A stretch of 64,000 nucleotides of DNA. Origin: a virus. Its lineage: Duplodnaviria > Caudoviricetes. Shown here piece by piece: positions 8,733 to 18,800 of the stretch. The stretch lies in IMG/VR virus record IMGVR_UViG_3300013212_000088, positions 1 to 64,000 of that record. One strand, given 5' to 3'. The notes under the pieces were generated by a model. It saw only the letters and a list, made by a program, of their open reading frames with translations. It ran no database searches and had not been told where the DNA came from. Made by a program: the position numbers and the translations under genes. Every line of letters starts with the position of its first letter. Within the stretch, counting starts at the first letter, position 1.

Positions 8733-10519
8733 CTATATTCTATTCTCAATGGATTCATGTTTCCAGCACCACGAAGATAAATAGTTGCTTCGTCTACCCC
8801 AGAATTAAATACAGCATTTGGTATGTCAATCCTATATAATCCAGGCATATTTGTATTATCTACTGCAACAAAACCACCAGAAGAATATGAACCTGAAGTT
8901 GTCTGGGTTGATAATGAAATGGCTGTCGGTGCAGATCCAGGTCTAACATAATAAGCCGTTAAACCAGATGAATTGTATGCTAATCCTGTCAAAGCTGTAC
9001 CAGAATTGCTTTGTGTAATATTGAAATACTCAACAAGACTAGTACTACCTGAAACAAATGTTCTTTTTTCAACATCAGGGGCTCTATTATATTGCAGTAA
9101 AACATTATGAAAAGCGCCGTTAAAACCTCCACCTCTTACAGAAACAATTACTTTGCTAACACCCGAAGCAAAAGCAGCATTTGGGACATCTAATCTATAT
9201 AAACCTGGTGCATTTGAAGAACTTACTTCTGCAAATCCTCCAGAAGTCCAAGCCCCATTACTTGTTTGAGCGGCTAGAGTAATAGAAACTGGGGCTGTAT
9301 TATCTCTTGTGTAATGAGCTACTAATCCTGCTACATTGTAAGATATACCTGTAGCGCCAAGCATTATATTTATAGATTGAGAAGTTGAATCTGGCGCAAT
9401 AGTTATAGATTCAAATTGTCTGTCTGGTGCTGCATAATTTGTAACACTATTTAGTGATCTATATTGTATAGCTCCAATGTCTGGTAATGCTAATTGCCAG
9501 GGGTATGCAAATAAATCAGAAGCCCCAGCAGTTGTTCCAGCTCCAACCAAATATCCATTATTTTTACTTGATAAAAATTGAGTATGAGATAAGCCAAATA
9601 ATAATGGTTCAGCAAAGTCCAATCCACTTAATCCATATGAACAATTAACAAGCTTGTTAGGAGCACTGTTGTAATGTGTGGATCCTCCTGCAAATCTACA
9701 GTTAGTATAGCCCATATGATTTCCGTTAACCCAACAAACATTAGAGTAATCGCCAGACCAAATTAAACTGTTATATACATCAATCATGCCTGCGCCACTT
9801 CCGTATGTATTCATTCCATGGCTTTGAAAATTGATAATAGTGCAGTTTGTAAAAGTTATTGGGCTGGTCAATGCATAAGCAACATTATTGGTAAAATACC
9901 TATTCCCTATCGCCAAACAGTTTTTTGCACTCATAAACCCACTTAAACCAATTCCGCTTGTCATGGGATCATAATAAATAAAAGTACCACCAACAGAAAT
10001 TAAATTTTCAAATGTATGAGGAATTGACGTAGTGTTTTGAATAATTCTTATAGCATTAGTGTCATCTGCTGCATACCGAAACGATGTTAAAACACTATTG
10101 CGTAATTTGATATTACTACAAGAAGAAATACCCAAACCTGTAAAATAATATTCTAAATATAGTAATTCAAAATTAATATTACTTTTATCAGTAGCAGAAA
10201 TTAATGTGTTGCTTGATGGAGAAAAAAATGTTGATAAACTGTCGTATAAAGTGCTGGCTGTAATTCTTACACTGTTAGGGGTTACATCAGAAAATTGCAG
10301 GGCTTTGGGATCTCCGTAAATATATGTAGTACTTCCAGTTGAGGTAAAACCAACAGTTAATGTTTCTCTATATACACCAGGGGCAATATATAGAGTATCA
10401 CCACCAGTAATGCCTGTTGCCCCTAAAGCTTTTGTTAATGTCTTCCAAGACCCTGATGTACTTTGAGTAGTACCAGTGTTAGAGTCATTCCCATCATTTC
10501 TTACATAGTACGTTGCCAT
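8729..10519 (-). CDS. Parallel beta-helix (pectate-lyase-like) protein with two C-terminal GLTGL-type modules; putative depolymerase/adhesin
   Basis: YYVRNDGNDSNTG...WKTLTKAL...GDTLYIAPGVYRE start typical of right-handed beta-helix proteins; Asn/Cys-rich repeats follow. Confidence 0.7.
   Translation of the reverse strand: MATYYVRNDGNDSNTGTTQSTSGSWKTLTKALGATGITGGDTLYIAPGVYRETLTVGFTSTGSTTYIYGDPKALQFSDVTPNSVRITASTLYDSLSTFFSPSSNTLISATDKSNINFELLYLEYYFTGLGISSCSNIKLRNSVLTSFRYAADDTNAIRIIQNTTSIPHTFENLISVGGTFIYYDPMTSGIGLSGFMSAKNCLAIGNRYFTNNVAYALTSPITFTNCTIINFQSHGMNTYGSGAGMIDVYNSLIWSGDYSNVCWVNGNHMGYTNCRFAGGSTHYNSAPNKLVNCSYGLSGLDFAEPLLFGLSHTQFLSSKNNGYLVGAGTTAGASDLFAYPWQLALPDIGAIQYRSLNSVTNYAAPDRQFESITIAPDSTSQSINIMLGATGISYNVAGLVAHYTRDNTAPVSITLAAQTSNGAWTSGGFAEVSSSNAPGLYRLDVPNAAFASGVSKVIVSVRGGGFNGAFHNVLLQYNRAPDVEKRTFVSGSTSLVEYFNITQSNSGTALTGLAYNSSGLTAYYVRPGSAPTAISLSTQTTSGSYSSGGFVAVDNTNMPGLYRIDIPNAVFNSGVDEATIYLRGAGNMNPLRIEYR
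9402..9491. repeat. 90-bp exact direct repeat, copy 1 (copy 2 at 11472..11561)
   Basis: GTTATAGATTCAAATTGTCTGTCTGGTGCTGCATAATTTG...CTGGTAATGCT is identical at both positions (offset 2070). Confidence 0.9.
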
Positions 10520-10521
10520 TT

Positions 10522-10734
10522 TTAAATATTTCCGTTAACCATAGCACTATGAACTAATTTAAAAACTGTTTCTTTTTGGAAATTTTCGTCTAGCAATTTC
10601 CAAATATCAGAAAATTTAATTCCATTTTCATATGATTTAATTATGTTATTATTAAAATCTTTTATTGTAAAATAAAAGATCCAATCTTGTCCTTCCCCTA
10701 TAGGGCCTTCTATATTAATCAAATTTATTGTCAT
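10522..10734 (-). CDS. Small hypothetical protein (70 aa), paralogue of 12594..12806
   Basis: Close paralogue (EGPIG...DWIFYFTI.D.NNN.IKSYE.GI.FS.IWK), each copy directly upstream of a beta-helix gene. Confidence 0.8.
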   Translation of the reverse strand: MTINLINIEGPIGEGQDWIFYFTIKDFNNNIIKSYENGIKFSDIWKLLDENFQKETVFKLVHSAMVNGNI

Positions 10735-10798
10735 TTCTTTTACTCAAAATTTTGCATTGTCAGTTTTGTTTTTAAGTGTTTACCAAAATATAAATCTA

Positions 10799-12592
10799 CT
10801 ATCTATACTCAATTCTTAGAGAATTCATATTTGCTGCACCTCTGACATAAACAGTAGCTTTAGAAACGCCTGAATTAAATACAGCATTTGGTATGTCAAT
10901 TCTATATAATCCAGGCATATTGGTGTTATCTACGGTTACAAATCCTCCAGAAGAATAAGAACCACTTGCTGTTTGACTACTTAGGTTTATTACAGAAGGA
11001 GCCCCACCTGGTCTGATATAATATGCTGTTAGACCAGAAGAATTGTATGTAAGCCCTGTTAATGCAATTCCTGAATTACTTTTTGTGATATTTATATAAT
11101 CCACAACACTAGTATTGCCAGAAACAAATGTTCTTAATTCAACATCTGGATTTGTTGTATACTGAAGCAATACGTTGTAAAAAGCACCATTGTAGCCTCC
11201 GCCCCTTACAGAAACAATTACTTTCCCAACACCTGAAGCAAAAGCAGCATTAGGAACATCAAGCCTATACAAGCCTGGTGCATTTGAAGAACTTACTTCT
11301 GTAAAACCTCCAGAAGTCCAAGCAGCACTTGGGCTTTGTGCAGCTAATGTAATTGAAACTGGGGTTGAATTATCTCTAATGTAATGAGCTACCAATCCTG
11401 TTGTATTATAAGATATACCTGTAGATCCTAGCATCATATATAAAGATTGAGAGGTTGAATCAGGTGCAACCGTTATAGATTCAAATTGTCTGTCTGGTGC
11501 TGCATAATTTGTAACACTATTTAGTGATCTATATTGTATAGCTCCAATGTCTGGTAATGCTTGTTGCCATGTGTATCCAAATAAATCAGATGTACCAGAA
11601 CCAGCAGTAATTCCAGCCCCCACTAAGTATCCGCTATTTTTATTTGATAAAAATTGAGTATGAGATAAACCAAATAATAATTGTTCACCAAAATCTAAAC
11701 CAGGAAATCCAAATGTGCAATTTACAAGAGTTCTAAAACCACCACCACCGTGCAGTGATGGACCTGTGAATCTGCAATTAGTGTATCTAATATCATATGT
11801 ATTACTCCATGTAACACTAGAATATTGATTAGTAAAAATTAATGAGTTGTAAAAGTCTAACATGGTAACGCCAATGCCATACGTAACAATTGCATATACA
11901 TTTTTCATCAAAAAGGTGCAGTTTCTAAATGTTGTTGGACTGGTTGCAGTATAGGTGATACCATTAGTGAAGTACCTATTCCCTATCGCCAAACAATTTT
12001 TTACACTCATAAACCCGCTTAAGCCAATTCCACTAGTTATAGGATCAAAATGAATGAAACTTTCACCGCCAAAAGAAACTAAATTTTCAAATGTATGCGG
12101 GACTAATGTAGTATTTTGAATAACTCTTATAGCATAACCGTTGACAGTTCTATTGGCTGTCAAAACACTATTGCGTAATTGAATATCACTACAAGAAGAA
12201 ATACCTAACCCTACAAATGAATATTCTAAATATAATGAGTCAAAATTAATATTACTTTTTCCAGTAGCAGAAATTAATACATTTTCTGATGGATAAAAGG
12301 GTGTTATTGAGCTATCGTATAAATTGTTTGCTGTAATTCTAACAATACCAGGAGTTACACCAGTAAAATTTAGTGCTTTAGGATCGCCATAAATATATGT
12401 AGTACTTCCGGTTGAAGTGAAACTAACAGTTGGTGTTTCTCTATAGACACCAGGAGCAATATATAAAGTGTCGCCACCAGTAATACCTGTTGCCCCTAAA
12501 GCTTTTGTTAATGTTTTCCAAGATCCTGATGTACCTTGAGAAAACCCGTTATTAGAATCATTTCCGTCATTTCTTACATAGTAAGTTGCCAT
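10799..12592 (-). CDS. Parallel beta-helix protein with two GLTGL-type modules, paralogue of 8729..10519
   Basis: Start reassigned to the ATG at 12592 (MATYYVRNDG), matching the paralogue and lying just after the upstream TGA. Confidence 0.75.
   Translation of the reverse strand: MATYYVRNDGNDSNNGFSQGTSGSWKTLTKALGATGITGGDTLYIAPGVYRETPTVSFTSTGSTTYIYGDPKALNFTGVTPGIVRITANNLYDSSITPFYPSENVLISATGKSNINFDSLYLEYSFVGLGISSCSDIQLRNSVLTANRTVNGYAIRVIQNTTLVPHTFENLVSFGGESFIHFDPITSGIGLSGFMSVKNCLAIGNRYFTNGITYTATSPTTFRNCTFLMKNVYAIVTYGIGVTMLDFYNSLIFTNQYSSVTWSNTYDIRYTNCRFTGPSLHGGGGFRTLVNCTFGFPGLDFGEQLLFGLSHTQFLSNKNSGYLVGAGITAGSGTSDLFGYTWQQALPDIGAIQYRSLNSVTNYAAPDRQFESITVAPDSTSQSLYMMLGSTGISYNTTGLVAHYIRDNSTPVSITLAAQSPSAAWTSGGFTEVSSSNAPGLYRLDVPNAAFASGVGKVIVSVRGGGYNGAFYNVLLQYTTNPDVELRTFVSGNTSVVDYINITKSNSGIALTGLTYNSSGLTAYYIRPGGAPSVINLSSQTASGSYSSGGFVTVDNTNMPGLYRIDIPNAVFNSGVSKATVYVRGAANMNSLRIEYR
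11472..11561. repeat. 90-bp exact direct repeat, copy 2
   Basis: Identical to 9402..9491. Confidence 0.9.
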
Positions 12593-12593
12593 T

Positions 12594-12806
12594 TCAGATT
12601 TTCCCGTTAAACATAGCACTATGGACTAAACCAAATGCTATTTCTTTTTGAAAATTTTCATTTAACACTTTCCAGATTTCAGAAAATCTAATTCCATGTT
12701 CATAAGATTTAATGACATTATTATTTAAATCATTTATTGTAAAATAAAAGATCCAATCTTTTTCTTGACCTATAGGGCCTTCTACATTAATCATATTTAA
12801 TATCAT
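12594..12806 (-). CDS. Small hypothetical protein (70 aa), paralogue of 10522..10734
   Basis: Paralogy and position as for 10522..10734. Confidence 0.8.
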   Translation of the reverse strand: MILNMINVEGPIGQEKDWIFYFTINDLNNNVIKSYEHGIRFSEIWKVLNENFQKEIAFGLVHSAMFNGKI

Positions 12807-12815
12807 TGTTATTTC

Positions 12816-14621
12816 CTATGGTTTTGCGTTAGTGGAAACCAAATATGATGTGCCAGTAGCAGAAGCTCCTTGATCATCAAAACTGTAAATAAGTCCATCT
12901 GCATACATACCATATAATTTTATAAATCCATTATTTGTATAGTTTCCATTAGGTTCGCTAAATGGATCATTTCTTATAAACCATCTACCATTATCAGGCA
13001 CTTTCCAATCAGGAGCACCGGAAGCATATGATAAAGGATCTCGCATAGAATAGCTGGTATAGTTTCCAATTCCACCTACACGATGTATTGCACCTGTAGT
13101 ATTTAAATAAGTGGTATATGAAGATCCGAGAATATTGGTCACATATTCATACATTGATTTCCAATGTTCTAAAGACCTTGGATATACTAAACTTAAACCT
13201 AAAGCGACTCCAGAATGTGTGTCAGTAGAAAGAGAAACACTCGTCCCGCCATTTATAGGATAATAATCAAATCCACCACCCTCATTTGTCATATCTACAT
13301 ACATATAGAGGGCGTTTGGCATTGTTGAGCTTTTAATCCAATAGAATCCAGAACTCAAAGAAGGATAAGACATTGCTAAAGTTAATCCACTTGGTGCAGG
13401 ATCAGCCACAGTACCCATAGTTCTTTCTCCCAAAACATTAACATAAATATTTTTATATGCTAGATAATTTTGAGTAATTTCATCTTGGGTTAGTTCTCTG
13501 TTATATACTTGAACAGAACCCAACTTTACAGAACTAAATTGGCTTTGTATATTTGATTTGCCTAAAAATAAATTACTAGATCCTACATTTAAAGAAGTGG
13601 TTTTTTGTTTAATTCTTACACCATTGAAATATACTTTTTGAACTGACCCATTATAACTAGTAGACAAGCTATTCCAAGTGTCTGCAAGTATATTAGAAGT
13701 TTCAAAATTATTGGAATTATTAAAGTTTAATGCTCCAATAAGAGATGAGCCAATTCCGATTTGATTTGCCCTAGAAGTTGTTCCAGTACCAAAAGAAAAC
13801 CAAACTTGATCATTGTTATTTTGTTTTTTGAATATTTGTGTAACTGTATATGAAGAAGTGCCACCTATCACTCCCCAATTTGTAGCTTCTCCATATTCAT
13901 TTACTCCATCAAATGTAATAGCGCCACCAGAAGTACTATCAAAAGCTGGACTATTATATAAAGTTACATGTCTGTCGTAACCGCTTAAATCATACCAAGT
14001 GTTGCCTGAACCTGGATATGATTTATAATTGTTTGCATCGACATTGAATATTAAGCCTTTTTTATTAATACCAGGGACATAACCAGTTCCACCAATATAT
14101 AAATCAGAATATTGATTTGCTACTGTTAATGTGCATGTAATTATATTTTCACCATCTAAATAAAGCTTTGAACCATTTGAAACTCCAGAATCAAATGTTA
14201 ATGTAAGATAGTGCCATTTACCATCCGCAATTGAAGAAGTGTGATGGTATTCTGTTCTAGTATTCCAGTCTATAATTACAGGAATGCCGTTTCTTAAAAA
14301 AATACCATAAGCATTATTTTTAGTGATAAGTGCTTTGAAAAATGGAACATCTATACTAGTTTTTACCCAGCAATAAACTGTTCCAGATGATAATTGAATA
14401 TTTGAAGCATTAGAAATAATTAAAAAATCATTATCATGGTCAAAGTTCATACTCCCATTCCATTGACCAGCATACAATGGAGAATATTTAATTTCACTTG
14501 TTGCTGTTGAAATGGTATTTTTTATCGTTGTTCCAATTCCTGAAAAAGTTTTTGAATTTCCAAAATCTAAATCAAAAACTAATCCATCCAATTCTTTTCT
14601 TGGTCCAGATCCTACTGCCAT
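12816..14621 (-). CDS. Two LamG-like domains (first lacks the terminal IYNR strand) + fibrinogen-C-like C-terminal domain
   Basis: GLVFDLD.GN and GLIFNVDAN frames; tail PAPSG...SGFYWIK...YVDMTNEGGG...STNAKP. Confidence 0.75.
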   Translation of the reverse strand: MAVGSGPRKELDGLVFDLDFGNSKTFSGIGTTIKNTISTATSEIKYSPLYAGQWNGSMNFDHDNDFLIISNASNIQLSSGTVYCWVKTSIDVPFFKALITKNNAYGIFLRNGIPVIIDWNTRTEYHHTSSIADGKWHYLTLTFDSGVSNGSKLYLDGENIITCTLTVANQYSDLYIGGTGYVPGINKKGLIFNVDANNYKSYPGSGNTWYDLSGYDRHVTLYNSPAFDSTSGGAITFDGVNEYGEATNWGVIGGTSSYTVTQIFKKQNNNDQVWFSFGTGTTSRANQIGIGSSLIGALNFNNSNNFETSNILADTWNSLSTSYNGSVQKVYFNGVRIKQKTTSLNVGSSNLFLGKSNIQSQFSSVKLGSVQVYNRELTQDEITQNYLAYKNIYVNVLGERTMGTVADPAPSGLTLAMSYPSLSSGFYWIKSSTMPNALYMYVDMTNEGGGFDYYPINGGTSVSLSTDTHSGVALGLSLVYPRSLEHWKSMYEYVTNILGSSYTTYLNTTGAIHRVGGIGNYTSYSMRDPLSYASGAPDWKVPDNGRWFIRNDPFSEPNGNYTNNGFIKLYGMYADGLIYSFDDQGASATGTSYLVSTNAKP

Positions 14622-15868
14622 TAGCTGTATCTTCCTCTCATAGCATCATAGTTTTGCTGGATTTCAAATTGTGCTAAGGGTCTGTTATAGAATTGTATAG
14701 CGGCTAATCTACCTGTAAATGGTTCATTATATGTGTACCTATTTCCAAATGATATTTCACCTGTTGCGCTTGTTGTCAATTCACAATACACATGTAACCA
14801 CTGATTTCTTGGAAAAACTGTTGAATTATTAGATCCAGAGTTTGGGTCTTTTTTAACACCATTCACATAAAGCTTATCTACACCACCAGCGCCATAATAC
14901 AAAATATATGCATTGATTCCAGTTCTTCCGTCAAATAAGTAATTAACTCCAGCTATAGAAGATGAAACCCAAGTAACAAATGAAAAAGATCTAATTGTGT
15001 TTGAACTGAAAGCAATAACATTTGCTGTAGCTCCACCAATATTTGCATAAGCTGTACTGCCAGATCCTACAATTGTTGGTCCATCTCTTAAATCAGCAGT
15101 AGCACCAGCAGCAGAAGTGACATTATAGATTCTTGACCCTGAACCTGGATAAGATAAAGCAGAACCAGCATCAAAAGCACTTACAAGACCACTAGTGACA
15201 ATATCAGCAGTGTAAGCATATCTGCCTTTAGTAGCATTGTAATTTTGGTTAATTTCAGAGGCAGATAATTCTCTGTTATATAGAAGAACTTGGGACACAT
15301 TACCATTCATATGCCCATTTCCATCATAAATAGGATAGCCTACATATAAAGGAGCATTGGCAGTACTAATACCCAAGCCAGAAACACTATCATAAGCACC
15401 ATCAAAGTAAAATTTTATATTAGAGCCATCATAAGTAATAGCAAAGTGATACCATTTGTTTAATTTAACTGTAGCGGACGATGTAGCGTGACCAACATAT
15501 TTATGTGCAATTAACTTATTTTGGTAAACTTGCATTTCATAACCTTGGCTGTCAGCAGATGCTCCAATTCTTGCTATGACACTTGAAGAAGCATTACCCA
15601 TCCAGGCCCAAGCCATTAAAGTTCTTGGAGCAGTACCAGCAATTCCAGTGTTGTTAGAAGATATAATATAATCATTACCGCCATCGAAGACAGTATATTT
15701 AGCTAGATTATTTGATATTGTTGGACCATTAGTAAGAGTCCCATGATTCCCGTTTCCAGACAAATCATAAAATGTAACTCCAGATCCAGGATAGCATTTT
15801 GGGTTTGCAGGATCGTAAGCAACAACTAATCCATTCGATACAATAGTTGGATTATATGCAAGAGCCAT
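14621..15868 (-). CDS. LamG/ConA-like protein (2 domains)
   Basis: Two LamG frames; TAATG overlap with the downstream gene. Confidence 0.85.
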   Translation of the reverse strand: MALAYNPTIVSNGLVVAYDPANPKCYPGSGVTFYDLSGNGNHGTLTNGPTISNNLAKYTVFDGGNDYIISSNNTGIAGTAPRTLMAWAWMGNASSSVIARIGASADSQGYEMQVYQNKLIAHKYVGHATSSATVKLNKWYHFAITYDGSNIKFYFDGAYDSVSGLGISTANAPLYVGYPIYDGNGHMNGNVSQVLLYNRELSASEINQNYNATKGRYAYTADIVTSGLVSAFDAGSALSYPGSGSRIYNVTSAAGATADLRDGPTIVGSGSTAYANIGGATANVIAFSSNTIRSFSFVTWVSSSIAGVNYLFDGRTGINAYILYYGAGGVDKLYVNGVKKDPNSGSNNSTVFPRNQWLHVYCELTTSATGEISFGNRYTYNEPFTGRLAAIQFYNRPLAQFEIQQNYDAMRGRYS

Positions 15869-15871
15869 AAT

Positions 15872-18800
15872 TTAATACTCCACTTCAAGTTTAGGTATGT
15901 CTATTCTTTCTGCATACACTGTAAAGAAGCATTTTATAGGATTAAGACAATTATCTTGTACATAGACAGTATTATTTTCAATTTTTTCTACATATAATTG
16001 ACTGAATCTGCCTATAGGAGTAAGATTAACAGAAATTGAATCAAAATCAACTAAATTAGTCCAATACTCAGGTAATTCGATAGTGTTGCAACCAATCAAT
16101 TTACCTCTGATATACACACCGTTTTCAGGCCCTTCCAAAGAACCATATCTTAAGTGCATGCCTTCTTTTGTTGGGTGGTCAATTACGAAGCTTTTATTTG
16201 TAGCGGAAATCTCACCAATAATATGTAAATCGTATTGAGGTGTCGCTGTATTGATTCCGACTCTGTTATTAGTAGTGTCAAAATAAACATAAGCAGTACC
16301 AGCAGAATTACCAATACTTACACCAGAAGCAGCATCAATTCCAGGTCTAATTAAAAGTGATGTTGTTGCAGTGATAATTGATGCGCCTACTGCAGATGTT
16401 GATGGGTTGACAAATAACGTACCAGTGTTAAATACTCCACTACTTCCAGTTCCAGAATAAGAATACAACAATCTTCTATTGGTATTCGTAGTGTCAGCAG
16501 AGAAGATTACATTTGTAGCATTAGTAGCAGTGGTAGCCGTTCCTGTTAATGAGCCAACAAAAGTAGTAGCAGTAAGAGTATTTCCAAGAGCAGAAATACC
16601 AGTGTCAACATAAACAGCAGTACCAGCAAATCCAGTAGAAGATCTGGACCCTAAAAGATAAAGTGTTGAAGTGGTGTCAGTGGTTGTTGCAATTACTTGA
16701 GATGATGTTGCAGTACCAGATAAAGAACCACTAAATGCTGTTGCTGTTAATGTTCCAGAAGAAGATGCAAAGTTTAAGCCAGATGCAACTTGTAATGCAG
16801 TTCCACCAGATGCAGCTCCAGAAATCAATGTACCAGTTAAATACATTGTTCCAGAAAGCGTAGTGGTAGTGGAGTTTGTAGATGTAGATGCAGTACCAGT
16901 TAAAGATGCAGTGATTGTTCCAGCAGAGAAATTACCTGAACCATCTCTTAATACAATTGCAGAAGATGTATTGGTAGAAACAGCTGAAGAATAAATTACA
17001 TATCCAGTACCGTCAGAAGCTGCAGCAGAAGTAGCAGTAATACCAGAACCAGATATTGTAATTGTCTCTGCATATTGTCCAGTAGTGTCAGTGCCTAAAG
17101 CAACAGAATTAGCAGCAATAGTGGCAGTAAGAGTAGTGTTTCCAGCCCCACTAAATACTACAGAACCAGATAAATCTCCACCTAAAGAAATTGTTCTTGG
17201 CGTAGTTAATTGATCTGCAAAAGAAGCTGTAGTTGCTGTTGCTGCATTACCTTGAAGAGCACCATTAAAAGTAGTGGCATATAATGTAGCACCAATGGCA
17301 TAAACACTAGTATCTACATAAACTTGAGTACCAGCAAAACCAGTGGAAGATCTAGAACCTAAGAAATAAAGGTTTGAGCTAGTATCTGTAACTGTTGATA
17401 ATACTTGAGCTGATGTTGCAGTACCAGAAAGATTTGCAGTAATAGTGCCAGCAGAGAAGTTGCCAGAACCATCTCTTAATACAATTGCTGAAGCTGTATT
17501 TGTAGAAACAGCGGATGAATAGATTGTGTATGCTGTTCCATCGTCACCAGCTGCAGAAATGGCTGTAATACCTGAACCTGATATTGCAATTGTAGAAGCA
17601 TATTGTCCAGTTGTATCTGTTCCTAATGCGACAGAATTAGCTGCTATTGTTGCTGTAAGAGTAGTGTTTCCTGTACCTGAGAAAGAAACAGAACCACTTA
17701 AATCACCACCAAGAGAGAAAGTGATTGCATTCGTCCAAGCAGCAGCAGTACCAGTGATTCTTGTAGCGTCAATTACACCAGTAGTACCAGAGAATACTTC
17801 AGAAGAATTAGCAGCATCAGGAATAAATGTAAAGAAACCTGTGGAATCATCAAATCCAAAGAAACCAGTTTTTGCAGTACCAGAGAAATACTTAAACTCT
17901 ATACCACGATCTTTATTATCATCAGTCCCAGGGTTAGTTCCACCAGTAGCAGTTCCTAAAGTAAATACAGGGTCAACTAATGTGGAAATTGTGGAATTGA
18001 CAGTGGTTGTAGTTCCATTAATTGTCAAGTTTCCAGTAACAGTAACATCATTAGAGAATGTTTTAGAACCAGCAAATGTCTGTGTTCCTGTTGTTACTAA
18101 ACCTCTATTAGAAGCTGAAGCATCTGGAATGTTGAATGTGTGTGATGATCCAGAAGATGAAATATTAAAATCACTTCCAGAACTTCCCACAGCTAATGTC
18201 TGAGATGAACCAGATAAACCATTAAGATTTGTGATTCCAGCTCCAGTGGTAGAAACAGTAATTGCCCCTGAAGCATTTGTAATTAAAATACCACTACCAG
18301 CAGTAAGGGTAGATTTAATTAATGTTCCGCCAGTAGAAGAACCAATTAAAAGCTGACCATCTGTATATGAGGTTTGTCCAGTACCACCATAAATAACACC
18401 AATCGTAGTCGCATTCCAAGTTCCTGATGTTAATGTTCCTACAGATGTCAAAGAAGATAAAACTACTGCACTGCCTAAAGAAATAGCATCAATTACTTTC
18501 GTGCCATTAATTCTATAAGTGTAACCAGTGCCAATATTAACATCACCCATTACATGAAGTTTGAAGCCAGGTAATGAAGTTCCAACACCTACACTTGTTC
18601 CAAACTCTGCCATTGAAAGAGTGCCGTTAGCATTAGCACGTAAAATTGGCAAACCTGAAATCTCATTGACAGAAAAAATTGTGCCAGAAGATAGGTTGTT
18701 ATTAATAGAGAATAACTGACCAGATGAACCTTCAAATGATAATGTATTGTCAGCTAAAATTGATAATGTAATTGGATTATTTGTTTGTCCAATAAATGCA

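Noticed and set aside
12593-12619. N-terminal extension MLCLTGKSE of the 606-aa ORF
   Set aside because: Overlaps the upstream gene; the paralogue starts at MATYY.
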